The notes under the pieces are model-generated. The model made no database searches and was not told where the DNA came from. It saw only the letters and a program-made list of their open reading frames with translations. Below are positions 44,657-54,838 of a stretch of 64,000 nucleotides of DNA, piece by piece (within the stretch, counting starts at the first letter, position 1; every line of letters begins with the position of its first letter). This DNA comes from a virus. The position numbers and the translations under genes were made by a program. The stretch lies in the IMG/VR virus record IMGVR_UViG_3300036766_001014, positions 1 through 64,000 of that record; one strand, given 5' to 3'.

Positions 44657-45268
44657 ATGGCGTACACGGACAAGCAGGTCGAGTTCCTCCCAACGTCGGC
44701 GTGGGCCGTGCTGCGTTTCCTCGAAGAAGTAAATCTGCCAGGTGGTCGCTGGCTGGAGCCGTGCGTGGGCGGCGGCTCGATCATCAAGGCGGTCAACAGT
44801 GTTCGCGACGACATCGAATGGGTGACGGTGGACATCAAGAGTCGCCCTGAGTTTCCGGCGCAGCATGTTGGCGACTACACGAAGCTCTACCGGGAGCTTG
44901 GGGCTTTCGACGTGGCGATCTTCAATCCGCCATTCAGCAGGGCGCTGGAGTTCGTGCAGTGCGCTGTTCGGCAGGCTCGACACGTGTGCATGTTCCAGCG
45001 CCTCAACTGGATCGCCAATGGCACTCGCGCCCAGTGGCTCAGGCCGAGGATGCCGGGGCTACACATACTGCCCAATCGCCCAGGTCACTTTGCCGAAAAG
45101 GGCAGCACGGACATGCAGGAGTACGCCTGGTTTTTGTGGCCTCGCCAGTACGACGAGGTTCGGATCCTGTCAAACACCAGCAGCGCCACGCGCAAGCAAG
45201 ATCGACTGCTTGCGACGGCAGGGCAGGACTTGGCCGATCGACAGATGGCGCTGTTCCCCGATCTGTGA
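44657..45268 (+). CDS. amino (N6-adenine-type) DNA methyltransferase
   Basis: WLEPCVGGG motif I, NPPF motif IV, YAWFLW. Confidence 0.85.
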   Translation: MAYTDKQVEFLPTSAWAVLRFLEEVNLPGGRWLEPCVGGGSIIKAVNSVRDDIEWVTVDIKSRPEFPAQHVGDYTKLYRELGAFDVAIFNPPFSRALEFVQCAVRQARHVCMFQRLNWIANGTRAQWLRPRMPGLHILPNRPGHFAEKGSTDMQEYAWFLWPRQYDEVRILSNTSSATRKQDRLLATAGQDLADRQMALFPDL

Positions 45269-45591
45269 TGAACCCCGGAATCACAAAGACAGTTGCGCTG
45301 CTGAACGCGCACGGGTTCGACACCTGTGACTCGGGCGATGGGGAGACGCACGATTACTCATGCGATCGCGAGCGCGGGTACGTGGTCGTGCGCCTGCGCT
45401 CGGACCAGCCGCTGGAGGCGTCTGCGGATAGCGTTGCGGCGCTACTGAAGGCGCACGGAGCGCCAGTCGGCGAGCCAGTCAGCGACTCTGGCGGTGTCAT
45501 CATCCAGGCCAACTACTGCCCGCACGACGGGATTCGCCTCATAGACGTGGAAGGAATACACGATCGGATGCTCACGACGCCGCCTGCTTGA
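45268..45591 (+). CDS. hypothetical protein
   Basis: PGI...V..LN..GFDT.DSGDG. Confidence 0.65.
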   Translation: MNPGITKTVALLNAHGFDTCDSGDGETHDYSCDRERGYVVVRLRSDQPLEASADSVAALLKAHGAPVGEPVSDSGGVIIQANYCPHDGIRLIDVEGIHDRMLTTPPA

Positions 45592-45625
45592 CAAACCGTA
45601 TCTACGTCATGGATAATGTCGGTAG

Positions 45626-46180
45626 ATGGACAACTCAAACGCAAAAATCCTAGATGCAGCAGGCTTTGCGGCCGAGAAGCATGAGGGTCAATTCCGAAAG
45701 AATGCCGCCGGTAAGAAGGTTCCGTACATTGTTCACCCGCTGCGTGTAGCGGCCAGCCTCGCGCGCGCGGGCGCTCACGAGGATGTGATCGTTGCGGCCA
45801 TCCTGCACGACACGTTGGAGGACACGGACACGACGCGCGCGGAGCTGATCGACCGGTTCGGGCGGTGGGTTGCGGACACGGTTTTAGAGGTGACTGACGA
45901 CAAGATGTTGTCCAAGGACGAGAACAGAAATCGCCAAGTCGCCAAGGCTCCATACATGTCTGATGGAGCCAAGCTGATCAAGGTCGCGGACAAGGCCGAC
46001 AACGTGATGAGCATAGTCGAGTCGCCTCCGAGATGGAGCGACGAGAAAAAACTCCTGTATGTCGAGAGCGCGACTCGCGTAGTAATCGCGCTCGGGCTCG
46101 GGTTCGAGCACGCGGAGCTTGTGGGGAGATTCTGGTCTGCCGTAAGCGTGACCAGGGCGTCGATCGCCGCGGCCGCGTAA
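45626..46180 (+). CDS. HD-domain (p)ppGpp hydrolase-like protein (small alarmone hydrolase/Mesh1 type)
   Basis: H.GQ.RK..PYIVHP..VA, AAILHDTLEDT, VTDDK, KVADK.DN. Confidence 0.9.
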   Translation: MDNSNAKILDAAGFAAEKHEGQFRKNAAGKKVPYIVHPLRVAASLARAGAHEDVIVAAILHDTLEDTDTTRAELIDRFGRWVADTVLEVTDDKMLSKDENRNRQVAKAPYMSDGAKLIKVADKADNVMSIVESPPRWSDEKKLLYVESATRVVIALGLGFEHAELVGRFWSAVSVTRASIAAAA

Positions 46181-46218
46181 CTCCAAAGATGCCTGCTTCT
46201 ACGGACAGCGGCAGGACA

Positions 46219-46740
46219 ATGGCAAGGTCGGCAGTCGCCGCGCTCTGCTTTGTCTCCTGGGTCTCTCTCGCGCTGGCGCAGTCTCCTGTCGCCGACGACT
46301 CGCGCAGCGAGTTGCTTCGAGTCCTGGTGGCCGAGTCTCGCTGGAACACGCCGCGCTCACATGCCGCGATGCTTCACGTTCTGCGTAGGTTCGCGGTCAG
46401 GCGTGGCGTGACAGCGGCGCAGGCCGCAGACAGGCTCGTGTGGGCATACAGTAACGCTCAATCGGATCACCCCTGGATCCGCTACCTCAATGGATCATGT
46501 GAACGACCTGACTACTACAAAGGCACATGGCCGAAGGACAAGTGCTTGAGAGTGGTTGATTTCATTGACTCATTCGAGTCTGGGAGGGTTGCAGATCCTT
46601 GCGCGGGCCAAGCAAGCGGGTGGCGTTCGCCAAGAAGCCAGGCTCTGCGCTACGCTTTGCGCCACGGGTTTCTGCGCGTGAAGTGCCGAGGGGGCACCTC
46701 GCTCGCCTTTGTGAAGGAGAAAAAGCATGGACGACAGTGA
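46219..46740 (+). CDS. secreted protein, possible SleB-like cell wall hydrolase
   Basis: Signal peptide; LLRVLVAES resembles the SleB catalytic-Glu helix. Confidence 0.45.
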   Translation: MARSAVAALCFVSWVSLALAQSPVADDSRSELLRVLVAESRWNTPRSHAAMLHVLRRFAVRRGVTAAQAADRLVWAYSNAQSDHPWIRYLNGSCERPDYYKGTWPKDKCLRVVDFIDSFESGRVADPCAGQASGWRSPRSQALRYALRHGFLRVKCRGGTSLAFVKEKKHGRQ

Positions 46741-47185
46741 GCGCGCGAAACGCAGAGAGGCAATCAAAGCGTTGGGCAGAAACCCTCCGAGCAGCGCTGA
46801 AATCCGGGACAAACTTCGGCTAACACGCAAAGACTATGCGTTCCCGAAGATCAGATCCTGTTGGGGCCACGATTGTCGCACTGTTGTTTTCGGCGGCGGC
46901 CTCTGCACGTTCTGCTCTTTCACGCAGGCGGAGATTGAGATCGCGGCCGCCCATGCGTGGGTAGAAAGGGCTCAGATCACACCCGAGGCAGAGGTCGATG
47001 TTGCGCACGCGACTCGGGCGAGAGATGCGCAAGAGGTGAATGATCTGCCGAACAATCGCGGGCCGCGCGTGAGCCCGGTCGGACTCGCGGTCGTGTGCCT
47101 GATGATCGTGTTCTCGCTGGTCGCGGCATACGCGCAGAAGCACGAGGAATCGCGGGTATCTGCGCAGCAGATCGCCGGGGACTGA
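46727..47185 (+). CDS. hypothetical membrane protein
   Basis: AAGGAG RBS; C-terminal TM. Confidence 0.6.
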   Translation: MDDSERAKRREAIKALGRNPPSSAEIRDKLRLTRKDYAFPKIRSCWGHDCRTVVFGGGLCTFCSFTQAEIEIAAAHAWVERAQITPEAEVDVAHATRARDAQEVNDLPNNRGPRVSPVGLAVVCLMIVFSLVAAYAQKHEESRVSAQQIAGD

Positions 47186-47209
47186 CGGTGGTAAGCGGGA
47201 CAAAAGCCT

Positions 47210-47629
47210 ATGTTATTCGTTGAGCCAGACGAGATCGAAATCATCCCCGCCGGTCGCACGAAGTGCCAGGCGTGCGAGGGGCGCTACGCCTCGTGGCGCA
47301 TGGGCACGACCGAGGCGCCAATGATCAAGCGTGACCTGTGCGGATGGTGCGCGCTCTACGACCAGAAGACGGCCTGGGCGCACGACAACCGCGAGGAGCT
47401 GGCTCACGTGGGCGAGATGGTGCTCGGATACGCGCGCAGGTCGGTCAACAAGAAGGCCGTCATTCCCGAGCTGGACGATCAACATCGTCTCGATCCGGAC
47501 GCTGCCGATCGATTCTTCATGGGCGTGGTGTTCACCAGTCGGATGCTTGGTAGCGGGCCGCTCGGCCGAATGACCAAGGTCGGCGCAGCTGCGAGGGAGT
47601 TGCTTGATGACGACGAGCCCGCTGTCTAG
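47210..47629 (+). CDS. hypothetical protein
   Basis: CQAC...CGWC. Confidence 0.65.
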   Translation: MLFVEPDEIEIIPAGRTKCQACEGRYASWRMGTTEAPMIKRDLCGWCALYDQKTAWAHDNREELAHVGEMVLGYARRSVNKKAVIPELDDQHRLDPDAADRFFMGVVFTSRMLGSGPLGRMTKVGAAARELLDDDEPAV

Positions 47630-47894
47630 CTCGTGGCCGCGCGTGCGCGTGGGCCAAAGGGTTCGGCTACTGAAGAATGGCGCTGATGGCGAGGTCGTTG
47701 GGGTTCGCCTAGCGCGAGACGTGCTGCGCACGATGACCGAGATGGACGCGATATTGCTTGGGCCCAAGTGCCAGGCGCTATACGGCGTAGGCTGGATCGA
47801 CATCTACTACGAGGCGGACGTGAGGCTTGGAGAGGGCGCGCTCGTGACCGTGGGGCCGAATGGTATCGAGCGAGTGCTTCCCGATCGGCGTTGA
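47607..47894 (+). CDS. hypothetical protein (SH3-like)
   Basis: VGQRVRL...GEVVGV. Confidence 0.55.
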   Translation: MTTSPLSSSWPRVRVGQRVRLLKNGADGEVVGVRLARDVLRTMTEMDAILLGPKCQALYGVGWIDIYYEADVRLGEGALVTVGPNGIERVLPDRR

Positions 47895-47924
47895 CAATCT
47901 AGGCTGATACGATAGGATGTTTTG

Positions 47925-48356
47925 ATGCAGTCCGATCGCGACAAGACACTTCGGGAGGCGATGGATGCAACCTCGGAGCGATCGAGGTCCGCAAGAGCTG
48001 GTAGACGATCCAAGATCCAGGTCACCAAGCCATGGCGTGTCCTGGAGGAGTCGTGGCACGAACAGATGCGGCTGACGTTCGGTAAGAAGTACCAGTCGTC
48101 GCCGTGGGGCGTGGCCGAGACGAGCCTCGCCAAGGCGCTGCTAAAGGAGGTCGATTTGGAGACGGCCACCAAGATGGTCCAGGCGTTCATCCCGGCCTGG
48201 AAGAAGGATGGGACGCCAGGGTTCGGCTACTTCTGGAAAGCGCGGGATTCGTACCGAGCCATCGCGCTCGGCCAGGTGAAATCGAAACGCGAGCGCATCA
48301 ACCAAGACGAGTTCAACGAGGCCAGGGACGGCCATTTACCCGATATAGGATGGTGA
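47925..48356 (+). CDS. hypothetical protein upstream of helicase loader
   Basis: Leaderless after TTGACA..TAGGAT at 47891. Confidence 0.7.
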   Translation: MQSDRDKTLREAMDATSERSRSARAGRRSKIQVTKPWRVLEESWHEQMRLTFGKKYQSSPWGVAETSLAKALLKEVDLETATKMVQAFIPAWKKDGTPGFGYFWKARDSYRAIALGQVKSKRERINQDEFNEARDGHLPDIGW

Positions 48357-48407
48357 GTTTGCACACGACGTGACATGGCGTTACACTACAGGCGTGGCAG
48401 GCAATAC

Positions 48408-49052
48408 ATGCGAGTCGAGGGATACAGAAACCGGCTAACTGCCGATCACTTCGAGCTGATGCGAATTCCGCGTCGCTTCTGGGGCGCCTCTGTCTCCGAA
48501 ATCGAGCCGCTGACCAGGAAAGTCATCGTCAGCTACCTCCGCCAGCTCGACGACATGCTCGACCGCGGTGCCGGTATCTTGCTCTGGGGCAGGAACGGTC
48601 GCGGCAAGACGAGCGCGGCGGTGTGCGTGGCCAAAGAGGCTCGCCGTCGCGGCGCATCCGTGTTGATGGTCACCGCAGCCGCCCTCATCGAGGCGGCCAG
48701 GGAACGGTCCACCGAGGATCGGCAACTTGTGGAGCGCGTGCGCGGCGTGGACTTTCTTTTGCTCGACGATCTCGACAAGGAGTACCCCGGCGACAGCGGG
48801 TACTCGGAGCGATTCCTGGAGAACCTGTTTCGCGAGCGCGGAGCGAACCGGCTCACGACCTGGATCACCTCGAACGCTGGGCGTGACGGTCTGATCGAGC
48901 GTTACAAGATTTCCATGATGGAAGTGCTCAAGGAGATGGTCGTGCCAGTGCGCATGAGGACGGGCATCGGCGAGAACGGTGACGAAGGCGAGAATCACCG
49001 CGACGACGAGCAGAAAAAACTGAGCGATCAGCTTCTGGCTAAGGTAGGTTAG
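48408..49052 (+). CDS. DnaC/IstB-like AAA+ helicase loader
   Basis: GRNGRGKT, LLLDDLDKE, TWITSN. Confidence 0.9.
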   Translation: MRVEGYRNRLTADHFELMRIPRRFWGASVSEIEPLTRKVIVSYLRQLDDMLDRGAGILLWGRNGRGKTSAAVCVAKEARRRGASVLMVTAAALIEAARERSTEDRQLVERVRGVDFLLLDDLDKEYPGDSGYSERFLENLFRERGANRLTTWITSNAGRDGLIERYKISMMEVLKEMVVPVRMRTGIGENGDEGENHRDDEQKKLSDQLLAKVG

Positions 49053-49140
49053 GCAGTCCTGGGCCTGACGTGGCCGATGTGAATTCGGCTGGCAGCCACG
49101 TCGCTGTTGGTCCTGACTTGTCAGCAATAGGGGTGCGGAC

Positions 49141-51756
49141 GTGGACATTGATGCGGCAATCCTTTGGTGCGCGACGCGAGACGACAGCGCGTTGAAGATG
49201 GCCAAGTCGCTCGGCGTAACCGATCGGCTGCTGAACGGTAACGCCAAGGCGGCTTGGAAGTTCATCGGCGAGTACCAGGAAAAGTACGGCACGATCCCAA
49301 GCGTCGGACTCATCGTCGAGAACAGCGGCTGCGTCGTGAAGCCGCCGGACAGCGAGGAGGATCGCGTCGAGCTGCGATACGTTGTCGATCAGCTCTATGA
49401 TCGCTTTCAGTTCAAGTCGCTCAACTACGGCCTCGGCAAGTCGAGCGAGGCGCTTGAGAACGGTAACCAGCAAGAAGCTGTAGACGAGGTCCTCAAGCTA
49501 TCCGATCACCTACGCTCCGAGCGAAGGGATCAGCTTCAGATCCACTCGCTCGGCGACGTGGCGCCGGACGTGCTCGCGATGTACGAGCGCGTAAAGCGCG
49601 GCGAGACTGGCGTGCCGTTCCCGTGGCAGACCATGACCGACATGACTCTCGGCATGTGGCCAGGGACGCTGACGTTCTTCGTAGCTCGTCCTGGTGTCGG
49701 TAAATGCGTCCACGAAGACACCGAGATCATCGATCCGGTCACCGGCGTGCCGACCTCGATTCGGCAGGTATACGACAGTCGCGGCTTTGCTCGCGTGGCG
49801 AGCTGGTCGAAGGAGCGTGGCGTCCACGCCGTGCCGATCTCGGCCAAGGTGGACACCGGGAGAAAGGAATGCCTGCGGGTCACGTTTCGCACAGGGCGAA
49901 CGATCACGGTCACGCCAGAGCATCCATTCCTGTCGCCAGAAGGTTGGCTACGAGCCGACGCGATCAAAGTCGGAATGACCATGGCCTTGCCCGCCAGGAT
50001 GCCAACGCCGGAGCAGCCCGTGTCGCTGAGTCCGCTCGAAGTGGATCTGCTCGCCGTGCTTCTCTCGGAAGGCAGCTATACCGGACACCACACCGGGTTC
50101 ACCACGTCCGACGCGAGCATCCTTGAGATCGCGCGCGCGGCGGGCGAGTGGGCGGGTGCGCCGGTGAAGCATCGCAGTCGCTACGACTACGACTTTGTGC
50201 GTCCAGCTCAGTCTGCCGAACCGAACGCGGTCAGAGAGATTCTGCGCCGTCACGGGATCGCCGGAACGCTTGCCAAGCACAAGGTTTTGCCGGAGGCGAT
50301 CTGGCGATTGCCGCTTGAACAGCTGTCTCGTTTCTTGTCTGTGTTCTGGATGTGCGACGGGTACGTGGACGCGGCTCCAGGGGTCACGCTTGCATCTGAG
50401 AGGCTCGTTCGGCAGATCCAGTCGCTGCTGCTGCGTCTCGGTGTCCAGTCATCTGTCGGAGAAAGGACAGCAAAAATCGGAGAGGCTTCGTATCCGGCGT
50501 GGAGGCTGCGTGTTCACGCGGAGTGCTTCGAGGCGTTCGCGGCCGGGACGTCGCTCTGGGGAGACAAGAAGGACAGGCTCGACGCGCTTCTGACCATGGA
50601 GCGTAACCCAAACATCGGCTTTCCGAGGGTTAGCGACGAGACGATTGAGGCGTTGCGGCGAGTCTCCGACTCAGGGACTGGCCGATGGCAGGGCGGCAAG
50701 CATGAGATGGTGGCCGCGGCGCTTGACAGGGTTCAGTTTCAGTTCCGAGACATGTTCGGAGCCAGCAACAGCATCAAGAAGACGGCTTTCGTTGGCTTCG
50801 CAGAGGTGTACGGGATCGCCGATCAGTATGCATGGTGGTGGAACTCCGACATCTTCTGGGACGAAGTGGTGACGATCGACTCGGTGGGCGAGCAGAAGAT
50901 TTACGATCTCACGATCGCCGACACACACTGCTTCGTGGCCAACGATGTCATCGTTCACAACACTTGGACAGCGGTCATCATGGCCATGCACGTCTGGCAG
51001 GTGGCCAAGCTCAAGGTGCTAATCGTGTCGCCTGAGCTTGGCCGAGTTGAACTTGGCGAGCGGTGCGTGGCCAAGTACGGAGGGTTTTCGTACAAGGACA
51101 TGGTCAGCGCCGAGTTGGGCGTGTTCGCCGAGCCCAAGTTCTACCAAGTGATCGAGGAGTTGAAGACCAACGGCGATGGCCTCTACATCCTCGACGATGA
51201 GGATCGGTTGCAGCCCGACTACATCGAGCAAGCGGTGGAGGCGGTTCGGCCGGACCTCGTGATCATCGACAGCCTCTACATGCTGCGCGTCGAGCGCGGC
51301 AAGGTGAAGTCGGGCGCTGGCAGCAAAGGCGACCGCATGGAGCGCGTGGTCGAGACCATCAACTGGATGCGCGGATTGTCACGCAAGAAGCGCTCGTTCG
51401 CCCCGGAGGGATTGCCGGTGGTTGGCATCCACCAGCTCTCGCGAGACGGCAAGGTGCGCTCCGACGCCGCGAAGTCCATCAAGTCCGGGCGTGGCACCGG
51501 CGGCCTGGAGGACACCGTAGCCCTGTCGGACGCCCTGTTCTGGAACGCGCACAACCTGTTCGCGATGTACCAGGACCAGTACATGATGCAAGATCATCAG
51601 CTCATGTACGTTCCGCTCAAAGCGCGCCGTCAGACGAAGGTGTCGAGCCTCGTGATCAACTGGGACTTGGTCACAATGGACTTCAAGGAGTTGGGCACGA
51701 AGGTTGGCGATCAGACCGCGGCGTATCAGGATGAGGAGATGGAGGTTCCGTACTGA
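49141..51756 (+). CDS. dnaB: DnaB-like replicative helicase with intein
   Basis: ARPGVGK/T Walker A split by the intein; VIIDSLY; HQLSR. Confidence 0.9.
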   Translation: MDIDAAILWCATRDDSALKMAKSLGVTDRLLNGNAKAAWKFIGEYQEKYGTIPSVGLIVENSGCVVKPPDSEEDRVELRYVVDQLYDRFQFKSLNYGLGKSSEALENGNQQEAVDEVLKLSDHLRSERRDQLQIHSLGDVAPDVLAMYERVKRGETGVPFPWQTMTDMTLGMWPGTLTFFVARPGVGKCVHEDTEIIDPVTGVPTSIRQVYDSRGFARVASWSKERGVHAVPISAKVDTGRKECLRVTFRTGRTITVTPEHPFLSPEGWLRADAIKVGMTMALPARMPTPEQPVSLSPLEVDLLAVLLSEGSYTGHHTGFTTSDASILEIARAAGEWAGAPVKHRSRYDYDFVRPAQSAEPNAVREILRRHGIAGTLAKHKVLPEAIWRLPLEQLSRFLSVFWMCDGYVDAAPGVTLASERLVRQIQSLLLRLGVQSSVGERTAKIGEASYPAWRLRVHAECFEAFAAGTSLWGDKKDRLDALLTMERNPNIGFPRVSDETIEALRRVSDSGTGRWQGGKHEMVAAALDRVQFQFRDMFGASNSIKKTAFVGFAEVYGIADQYAWWWNSDIFWDEVVTIDSVGEQKIYDLTIADTHCFVANDVIVHNTWTAVIMAMHVWQVAKLKVLIVSPELGRVELGERCVAKYGGFSYKDMVSAELGVFAEPKFYQVIEELKTNGDGLYILDDEDRLQPDYIEQAVEAVRPDLVIIDSLYMLRVERGKVKSGAGSKGDRMERVVETINWMRGLSRKKRSFAPEGLPVVGIHQLSRDGKVRSDAAKSIKSGRGTGGLEDTVALSDALFWNAHNLFAMYQDQYMMQDHQLMYVPLKARRQTKVSSLVINWDLVTMDFKELGTKVGDQTAAYQDEEMEVPY
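49705..50961 (+). mobile_element. intein with in-frame LAGLIDADG endonuclease
   Basis: CVHEDT start, TPEHPF, LAVLLSEGS, FLSVFWMCDGYV, IYDLT...VHN/T. Confidence 0.95.
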
Positions 51757-52169
51757 TGAATATAGAAACCATCATCGGCCTCGTCGGAGTGACGCTGGCG
51801 ATTACCGTTGGCGGCGTGATCGACGAGCTGAGAGGATGGCTCGTTGGCTTCGCCGTGCCGTACAACCCGCTAAGAGTGCTCGGCAACATGCTGTCATCGA
51901 CGATGATCGTTGGGTTCTTTTGCGGAGCCTTGTGGGCAGCGTTTGCCAGACACGACCCGGCGCTGTCGGGCGGCGTGGTGGCTATGGCCTCAGCTGTTGC
52001 CGATGAAGGACTCGCGCTGCTGCACGGCCTCGTCCGCAGGGTGATGCCGTATAGACCGCCGCAGCCGATGCCAATGCCTATTGAGATCCCGGCCAAGACA
52101 AGGGCGCCAAAAAACGAGGACGAGGCTCATGACGAAATGGACCGCAGGGACGCGGAGCGAGAAGGGTGA
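51756..52169 (+). CDS. membrane protein
   Basis: Several hydrophobic segments; TGATG coupling. Confidence 0.65.
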   Translation: MNIETIIGLVGVTLAITVGGVIDELRGWLVGFAVPYNPLRVLGNMLSSTMIVGFFCGALWAAFARHDPALSGGVVAMASAVADEGLALLHGLVRRVMPYRPPQPMPMPIEIPAKTRAPKNEDEAHDEMDRRDAEREG

Positions 52170-52325
52170 GCGGGCCATCGCGTGGCGCGGTGATCCTTTC
52201 TGCACTGCGGTGGCTTGTGCGGCGCGAGATGAGTCGCTTCCCGGCTCAGGACGAGGGCGGCAGCGAGGTACTCCACGTCATCGACGCGGAGCTGGAGTTG
52301 GAGAAACAGGAGCGAGGAGAAGCAG

Positions 52326-52772
52326 ATGACAGCAAGGAGAGCTAAAGGATTCCCGATCAGCCCCAGAGCGGATTTTGTGTTCGTGGCTGACTACGGCCAG
52401 CCGGACATGACGGAAGGCGGGCTCATGATCGGCGACAGTGGCACGGACTACTGGCGCTACAGAGCCAACGATTGGCGATTCGGGGAGGTGATCGCCATCG
52501 GCCCCGGTTCTTGGTCGGAGGACGGCAGTCGCCGACTGCCAATGCCTCGGATCGAAATCGGTGACGTGATCATGTTCAGCCGTAAGCACGGCACACGTCT
52601 GCCGGGAGACATGCGCTACAAGCATCCGCTGTACTCCAAGGGTCCCGCCGCCGACGGCTTGCTCATTCGCGTGCTCGATCCCATGAAGTGCCAGGCAGTC
52701 TGCGCCGACTTCAAGCCATGGTGGAACATCCACCTGAGCCAGCTCGAACCGTCCAACACGATGACGGGCTGA
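52326..52772 (+). CDS. divergent GroES-like co-chaperonin
   Basis: ISPRADFVFV, TEGGLMI, GEVIAIGPG, IGDVIMF. Confidence 0.75.
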   Translation: MTARRAKGFPISPRADFVFVADYGQPDMTEGGLMIGDSGTDYWRYRANDWRFGEVIAIGPGSWSEDGSRRLPMPRIEIGDVIMFSRKHGTRLPGDMRYKHPLYSKGPAADGLLIRVLDPMKCQAVCADFKPWWNIHLSQLEPSNTMTG

Positions 52773-52773
52773 T

Positions 52774-53973
52774 ATGCAGGCCGACGAGCTGGCATCGCTG
52801 CTCCAGGGCGCGGGCGCAGAGCGCGTGCGCGTAATCTCTCACTCCAAGGTTTCGTGCGCGTGCCCGCTCGCGCGATGGACGCACCCCAAGGGAGCGGACA
52901 ATCACCCATCGTTTGTGGCCTTCACCGAGGGCAAGCACGGAGATCCGATCTACGCCTGCCAGGCGTGCCACGACGAAGGGTCGGTGCGCGACCTGTTGCT
53001 ATTCCTCTGGAGCAAGGGCGTAGAGGTGTTCCACTGGATCGAGGTGCTCGACGCTGGCAAGGCGGTTACCAAGCAGGAGGTTGCTGAGGCAACGAAACGA
53101 TCCGAGCGGCTGCTGGCGAGCGCTGCCAGGTCCGATGTCCAGGGGTTCCGTGTGATGGCGCCAGTACCGGCGCCGCTCACCCCGATCGTCGAGCGGCTTG
53201 CCACGGATAGGCCGTGGTACGACTACAAGTGCCTGGCCGAGGCCGATGCTGTGCCGGAGATTCCATGGGCCGAGTACGAGCCCTACGTCGGCAACGTGCC
53301 GCAGTACGCGCTGGATCGCGGATTGACCGAGGAGACGTGTCGCGTGTGGGAACTTGGACACGACGTCCAGGGCAAGCGCCTGCTCTTTCCGATTCGTGAT
53401 CGCCGAGGGCGACTGATCACGATCTCGGGGCGGCTCTACACCGAGCGCTGCCCGCGATGCGATGGCGGCTTTCGCACGGGCTGTGGACGGTGCGGGAAGC
53501 CGGAGGCCGATCATGCCGAGGGCGGCGACTGCGAGTTCAAATCCACCAGGCCGGTGTGCGAGAAGTGCGGACTCGGTGAGCCGCCGAAATACCTGCACCG
53601 CAAAGGTTTCCAGCGGAACTTCACGCTCTACGGTGAGCACCGCGACGACGACACTGATGGGCGCGTCTACGTGGTCGAGGGTCACCTGGACATGCTCAGG
53701 CTGTGGCAGGCCGGATACAGGCCGGTTGTGGCCGTGCTCGGAACCGGGGTTGGTGAAGCACAGATCGAGAAGATCGTAGCCAGGTGGTCGAAGGTCATTG
53801 TCGTGCCCGATGGCGACAAGGCTGGTCGAGACATGGGCGCTCGGATCAAGCACATGGTGGCCGACAGGATCGGCGTCACGGTCAAGGTCTTGCCAGAGGG
53901 CGCGGACCCTGGCGGGATGACCGATTTCGATCTGCAAGAGCTGCTCGGAAGGCCGCCAGCTCAGATAGCTTGA
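52774..53973 (+). CDS. DNA primase (Zn finger plus TOPRIM)
   Basis: CP...H....DNHPS...CQAC; LLFPIRD; VVEGHLD; PDGDKAG; DPG. Confidence 0.9.
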   Translation: MQADELASLLQGAGAERVRVISHSKVSCACPLARWTHPKGADNHPSFVAFTEGKHGDPIYACQACHDEGSVRDLLLFLWSKGVEVFHWIEVLDAGKAVTKQEVAEATKRSERLLASAARSDVQGFRVMAPVPAPLTPIVERLATDRPWYDYKCLAEADAVPEIPWAEYEPYVGNVPQYALDRGLTEETCRVWELGHDVQGKRLLFPIRDRRGRLITISGRLYTERCPRCDGGFRTGCGRCGKPEADHAEGGDCEFKSTRPVCEKCGLGEPPKYLHRKGFQRNFTLYGEHRDDDTDGRVYVVEGHLDMLRLWQAGYRPVVAVLGTGVGEAQIEKIVARWSKVIVVPDGDKAGRDMGARIKHMVADRIGVTVKVLPEGADPGGMTDFDLQELLGRPPAQIA

Positions 53974-54066
53974 CAAAGGCTTGTGCATGAGTAACAAGTC
54001 ACGAACATTGGTTCGCTAAAGCAAACCTTCAAGTTGTTCCAAGGAACACGACACAGGAGATTCAGC

Positions 54067-54828
54067 ATGAGTTGGATGGGCACCGGATACAGTGGTCTCG
54101 ACAAGGTTTACGAGGAGATGGGCGGCAAGGGCGGACCTCGCCGCGTGTGGATCCCGCCGGGGAAGACGAGCAGGTTCATGTTCCTGGATGACGATCCGTC
54201 GAAGTTCTTCGATCATCAGTTCTTCTACAACGGGAACTGGCGCAACTGGGAGCCGTGCATCGTGCGCAACAAGATCGGCCCGAGCTGCCCGATCTGCGAT
54301 GCATCCGACAAGAACTACGCCGCCTACGTCGGCCTGCACACCGTCATCAACATGACGCCGTGGTTCACGAAGAAGGACGTGGAGGTTTGCTTCAGTCGCG
54401 AAATCTTCGCGGCTCGGCTCGGCAGCGATGAGAAGCCGGGCGTGCTCAAGAAGCTGAAGAAGCTCTCCGAGAAGTACGGCCGACTGCGCGGCCTCGTGTT
54501 CGACGTTGAGCGCCCAGGCAAGAAGACCGAGGTCTGCGGTAGCGAGTTCGAGTTGGTCGAACAAGTCGATCCGAAGGGCATCCGCGAGTACGCGACGGCG
54601 CAGCTCAAGGACTACATCGATCGCGTGAACAAGAAGGCGCCGCCAGACAAGCAGCTCACGATGGAGCAGCAGTGGAAGCGCAACCCGTGGGAGCCGTACA
54701 CTTTCGAGGAGGTTATCAAACCTCGATCGTACGAGGAGCTGAAGGGAATGTTCGCCCGCGGCGCTGGAGGCGGACGCGGTGATGGCGATGGCGATACCGG
54801 CACCGGTGACGACGAGATCCCGTATTGA
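54067..54828 (+). CDS. single-stranded DNA-binding protein (gp32-like)
   Basis: H...C...CPIC core; acidic tail GDDEIPY. Confidence 0.75.
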   Translation: MSWMGTGYSGLDKVYEEMGGKGGPRRVWIPPGKTSRFMFLDDDPSKFFDHQFFYNGNWRNWEPCIVRNKIGPSCPICDASDKNYAAYVGLHTVINMTPWFTKKDVEVCFSREIFAARLGSDEKPGVLKKLKKLSEKYGRLRGLVFDVERPGKKTEVCGSEFELVEQVDPKGIREYATAQLKDYIDRVNKKAPPDKQLTMEQQWKRNPWEPYTFEEVIKPRSYEELKGMFARGAGGGRGDGDGDTGTGDDEIPY

Positions 54829-54838
54829 GCAGGCGGGA

